A stretch of 37,018 nucleotides of DNA from Collodictyon triciliatum (lineage: Eukaryota): NCBI GenBank assembly GCA_043381765.1, contig JBHJMP010000034.1, positions 1 to 37,018 of the forward strand, written 5' to 3'. The translations under genes and the position numbers were made by a program. This document shows positions 34,101 through 37,018 of this stretch, in pieces (position 1 is the stretch's first letter; the number at the start of each line of letters is the position of its first letter). Below the pieces are notes generated by a model. That model did not search any database. It worked only from the letters and a program-made list of their open reading frames with translations, and had not been told where the DNA came from.

Positions 34101-36938
34101 TGGTTGCAATAGCAGTTTACATTGAAGAGTCTCGCGTCAACATCGATATATTTGAAGATGAACTGGACAAAGTTATACCCGAGAAATACATCGACACCCA
34201 GTCTCTTTCGATAGTATATTTCATTCTTCAAGTAAGTTGATGAATTTTTTTTGAACTTTTTTTGTTGAAAACAAAAAGCATATCAAGCTATGCTATACTT
34301 TTTTATTTTTTTATTTTTTATTGTTGTTTCCAACACACATGTAAATTATCATTATCATTATCATTATTATGTTTACTTTCTGATCACATTATTCTATTTC
34401 AGAGTATAATTGGCATCAGCTGTATGTTCGCTTTCATGAAAGTGTTCAAGTTCTTCCGCCTGAATAATCGGTTGAATCTCCTTGGCCAAACTCTGAGCCT
34501 TGCTTTAGGAGACTTGCTAGCCTATGTGCTTATTTTCATCATCATTTTCATCGCCTTTTCCTTCCAAGGGTAAGTCCTGTTTTTAACTTCTTTTTTCCCT
34601 TACACCGAAGCTCTCTAGCTTAACATCTTATTGTTATGAAATTTTGCGGTTTTTACATTAGTATTTCTTAATTCTTTGTATTCACCATCAGCTATTACTA
34701 CTTTGGCTACCAAGTGAAAGATTTTCACAATTTCCCGTCGTCTTTGATCTCCACGTTTCTCATTCTCTCTGGAAATAATGAATATGATTCATGGAGAACT
34801 GCAAGTCCTGTGCTGGCCCCAGTCTTTTTCTTGCTTTTCGTGATATTAATTATCTTGATTCTGGGTAAACAAACAAAACTACGATAGCAATAAGTCCAAT
34901 AATTATAAGATATCCTTATATTGACATATTTCAAGAAAATTAAGAGGCATGTCAACTTGTCATTATATTAATTGTGGAAAACACTTTAGTGAATATGTTC
35001 GTTGCTATTTTGAGCGAATATTACGAGCAGGCGAAAGAAGACTCCAGAAAGAAGGCTGAAGAGCAAAAAGAACATTTTGGCGGCGAAACTGACTACGATA
35101 TCTTCCAAGTACAAACTTTTTAAAAAAAATCCTGATGCATACTTCGGCCAAAGACATTTTTTTCTTACATCAGTCAAATAGCGTATTGCATCGATCTGGC
35201 CACACATTCAAAGATTCCGTGGACAAGCATTTGTCAAACTCTACACTGTACGATTTATATCGCAAACATATATTACTACTACCCAGCTACTAACTAGATT
35301 GCCCTGGCAACCTGTCTAGAACGACCCCGTCTTTATTATTTACGTTGATAAAGCGTCTTCTAACCTGGAGAAAATTGAAAAAGCAATTGAAGACATTCCT
35401 TCTGTTAAGGTTCGTGATATGTTAATATGTAATTTTAACTAAAATAAATTGGACCAGCTCTCACATTACAATGTTAATGGTATATTTATGCCGGGAATTC
35501 CAATGTCAAGCTAGTGTCACCCAAAAGTTTTATAATATAATTTTTTGACTTAATCTCATCTGGACTCATCTAGTTTCTTTTGTTTAAATCAAATGGAGTG
35601 GACTCAAAAGGACTCTTAAGTGTTCTCAGTGAAAAGCAGTGCCAATTTTCACCATCTTCATCTCCATACCCCTATGTTCTCAGTCTTTCAAGAGTCGATT
35701 TGAATAATTTGAAAGAAGAGGTTTTTACTAGGCCAATCGTATTACAAATTTTGATAATTGCAGCTGAACTTATCGTTGTATTTCATTTCATTCCATTCTG
35801 TATTATAATCACGACAGCAGAATCTAAATGTTATTTTTATACGTATATAATTATGCTGTACAAAGCAACTCTTTATTTATACATATCAATAGTTGCCTGA
35901 CACTTGGGGAGATGTTGAAAAAGTGCGTGAAATACTGGGGAAGAACTCGTTCATTCTCTATCGGTCTCTCGATGATTTCAATGTTGACCAGTCCCTTTTC
36001 CTTCACATGGATATCTATCATCACCTCCGATTCACGAAAGAAATCCTGGACTCTTTATGGATTGAACGAATGACCCTAAAGGCCCATGTTCCTAAATTTG
36101 TCACTGACTCCCAAGTGAGTGATTCACGAATTTATTTCATGGTGCGCAGACAGTTAGTCATAGAATTCGACATTTAACCGAGCTACTTGATAGATTGAGA
36201 GGATTCTACGCAAGGTTATTGCCCAGGAGGAATTCAATCGCCGCTCGATGAACGAAAATAGTGAAAATATCAATGGAAAAACTTTTTACGAATTTATAAA
36301 GGTAAATAGGTAATGATATCGAATATTCTATGGACTGTTTCCCCAACAGACCAAATTCTAAAAATAAATAAATAATAATAATGAAAAACTGGTGCTTGTA
36401 TGAACGCCTAGAGAATGAAAGCAGACAAAGGACTGGATTCGCTGGAAGATAAATCTATCGACTCCATGGTGCAAGAATTCATGGAGGAAAAGCAAAAGTC
36501 ATCTGGCCATCTTCACCTACGTTTTGATGAATTTGTGCGAGAACTGAAAATGTATGTATCTCTGAAAAAGTCACTCGACTACTTTGAATCGAATAAAGGG
36601 AAAAAAAAAGTCACTCGACTAACTCTTGACACTTGTGTGTACTAAGATTATCAACTCACGTCGTGTAGGCAATTTCATGAACAAGGATTAATTCCCTTAT
36701 CCTATTTTAATATCTATCTCTTAGTGACTTGTCCATGTCGGACCCAGAATCAGCTAGTGAAAAGACTATGTCAGACCTTGCCCTGGAAGTGTATCGTATC
36801 TTTAAAATGTTCCCGCAGTCATGCTTCGCTCCGATGAAAGCGGTATCCATCAAATAGCAAGGGAACAATCCCTAAATATACATTTGTTACATCTAACATA
36901 TACCTCCTTTTTGTAGTCAGATTATGAGCACATTTTGA
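31139..36938 (+). CDS. PKD2: Polycystin-2 / TRPP-family cation channel (6 TM plus TOP domain) with extended C-terminus and EF-hand-like region
   Basis: S1 LLKYFMYLLFFIILILWI. TOP domain NLKLLGLPLLRQIRVKPSKC, YGEGAY, LKDDVWIDRSTRAVAIDF, LFEFSPTG. S3 YFKEFWNIFEMVNY. S4-S5 MKVFKFFRLNNRLNLLGQTL...DLLAYVLIFIIIFIAFS. S6 PVFFLLFVILIILILVNMFVAILSEYY. The last exon is ambiguous (stop at 36938 or ~36970), and an additional upstream exon near 30850-30900 is possible. Confidence 0.9.
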
Positions 36939-37018
36939 GAACAAATGCCGTTCTTTTATATATCGCGTAGGAACTCGCTATCCAACGCTACAAACCACGA
37001 ACTATCAACACGTCTGGG

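Noticed and set aside
36565-36622. Direct repeat AAAAAGTCACTCGACTA occurring twice in a PKD2 intron
   Set aside because: Two copies only, a local duplication; no CRISPR-like or transposon structure.

Overview
Eukaryotic, AT-rich, intron-dense draft scaffold with 5 N-gaps, most plausibly from a mitochondriate protist. The supplied ORF track is mostly exon+intron fragments, so I rebuilt the genes by hand from splice sites and reading phase. Four spliced genes lie on the + strand: ATG101 (141-1716), mitochondrial methionyl-tRNA formyltransferase (1830-4287), a ~24 kb neurobeachin-like BEACH/WD40 gene (4758-28952) and a polycystin-2/TRPP channel with an unusually long C-terminus (31139-~36938). 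A decayed, 5'-truncated non-LTR retrotransposon (zf-RVT tail) lies on the - strand at ~29430-30520. The most unusual element is an 11-exon block (23822-26836) encoding five tandem ~110-aa Ig-like beta-sandwich repeats inside the BEACH gene. It is flanked by two N-gaps, and its splice phase does not match the best-fitting BEACH splice. It could be a novel domain insertion, a nested gene or a misplaced contig. Other observations: two probable GC-AG introns, frequent AAG acceptors, a 15-nt micro-exon, a non-canonical channel pore (SGNNE), and acceptor-like AGs just before all four start codons.
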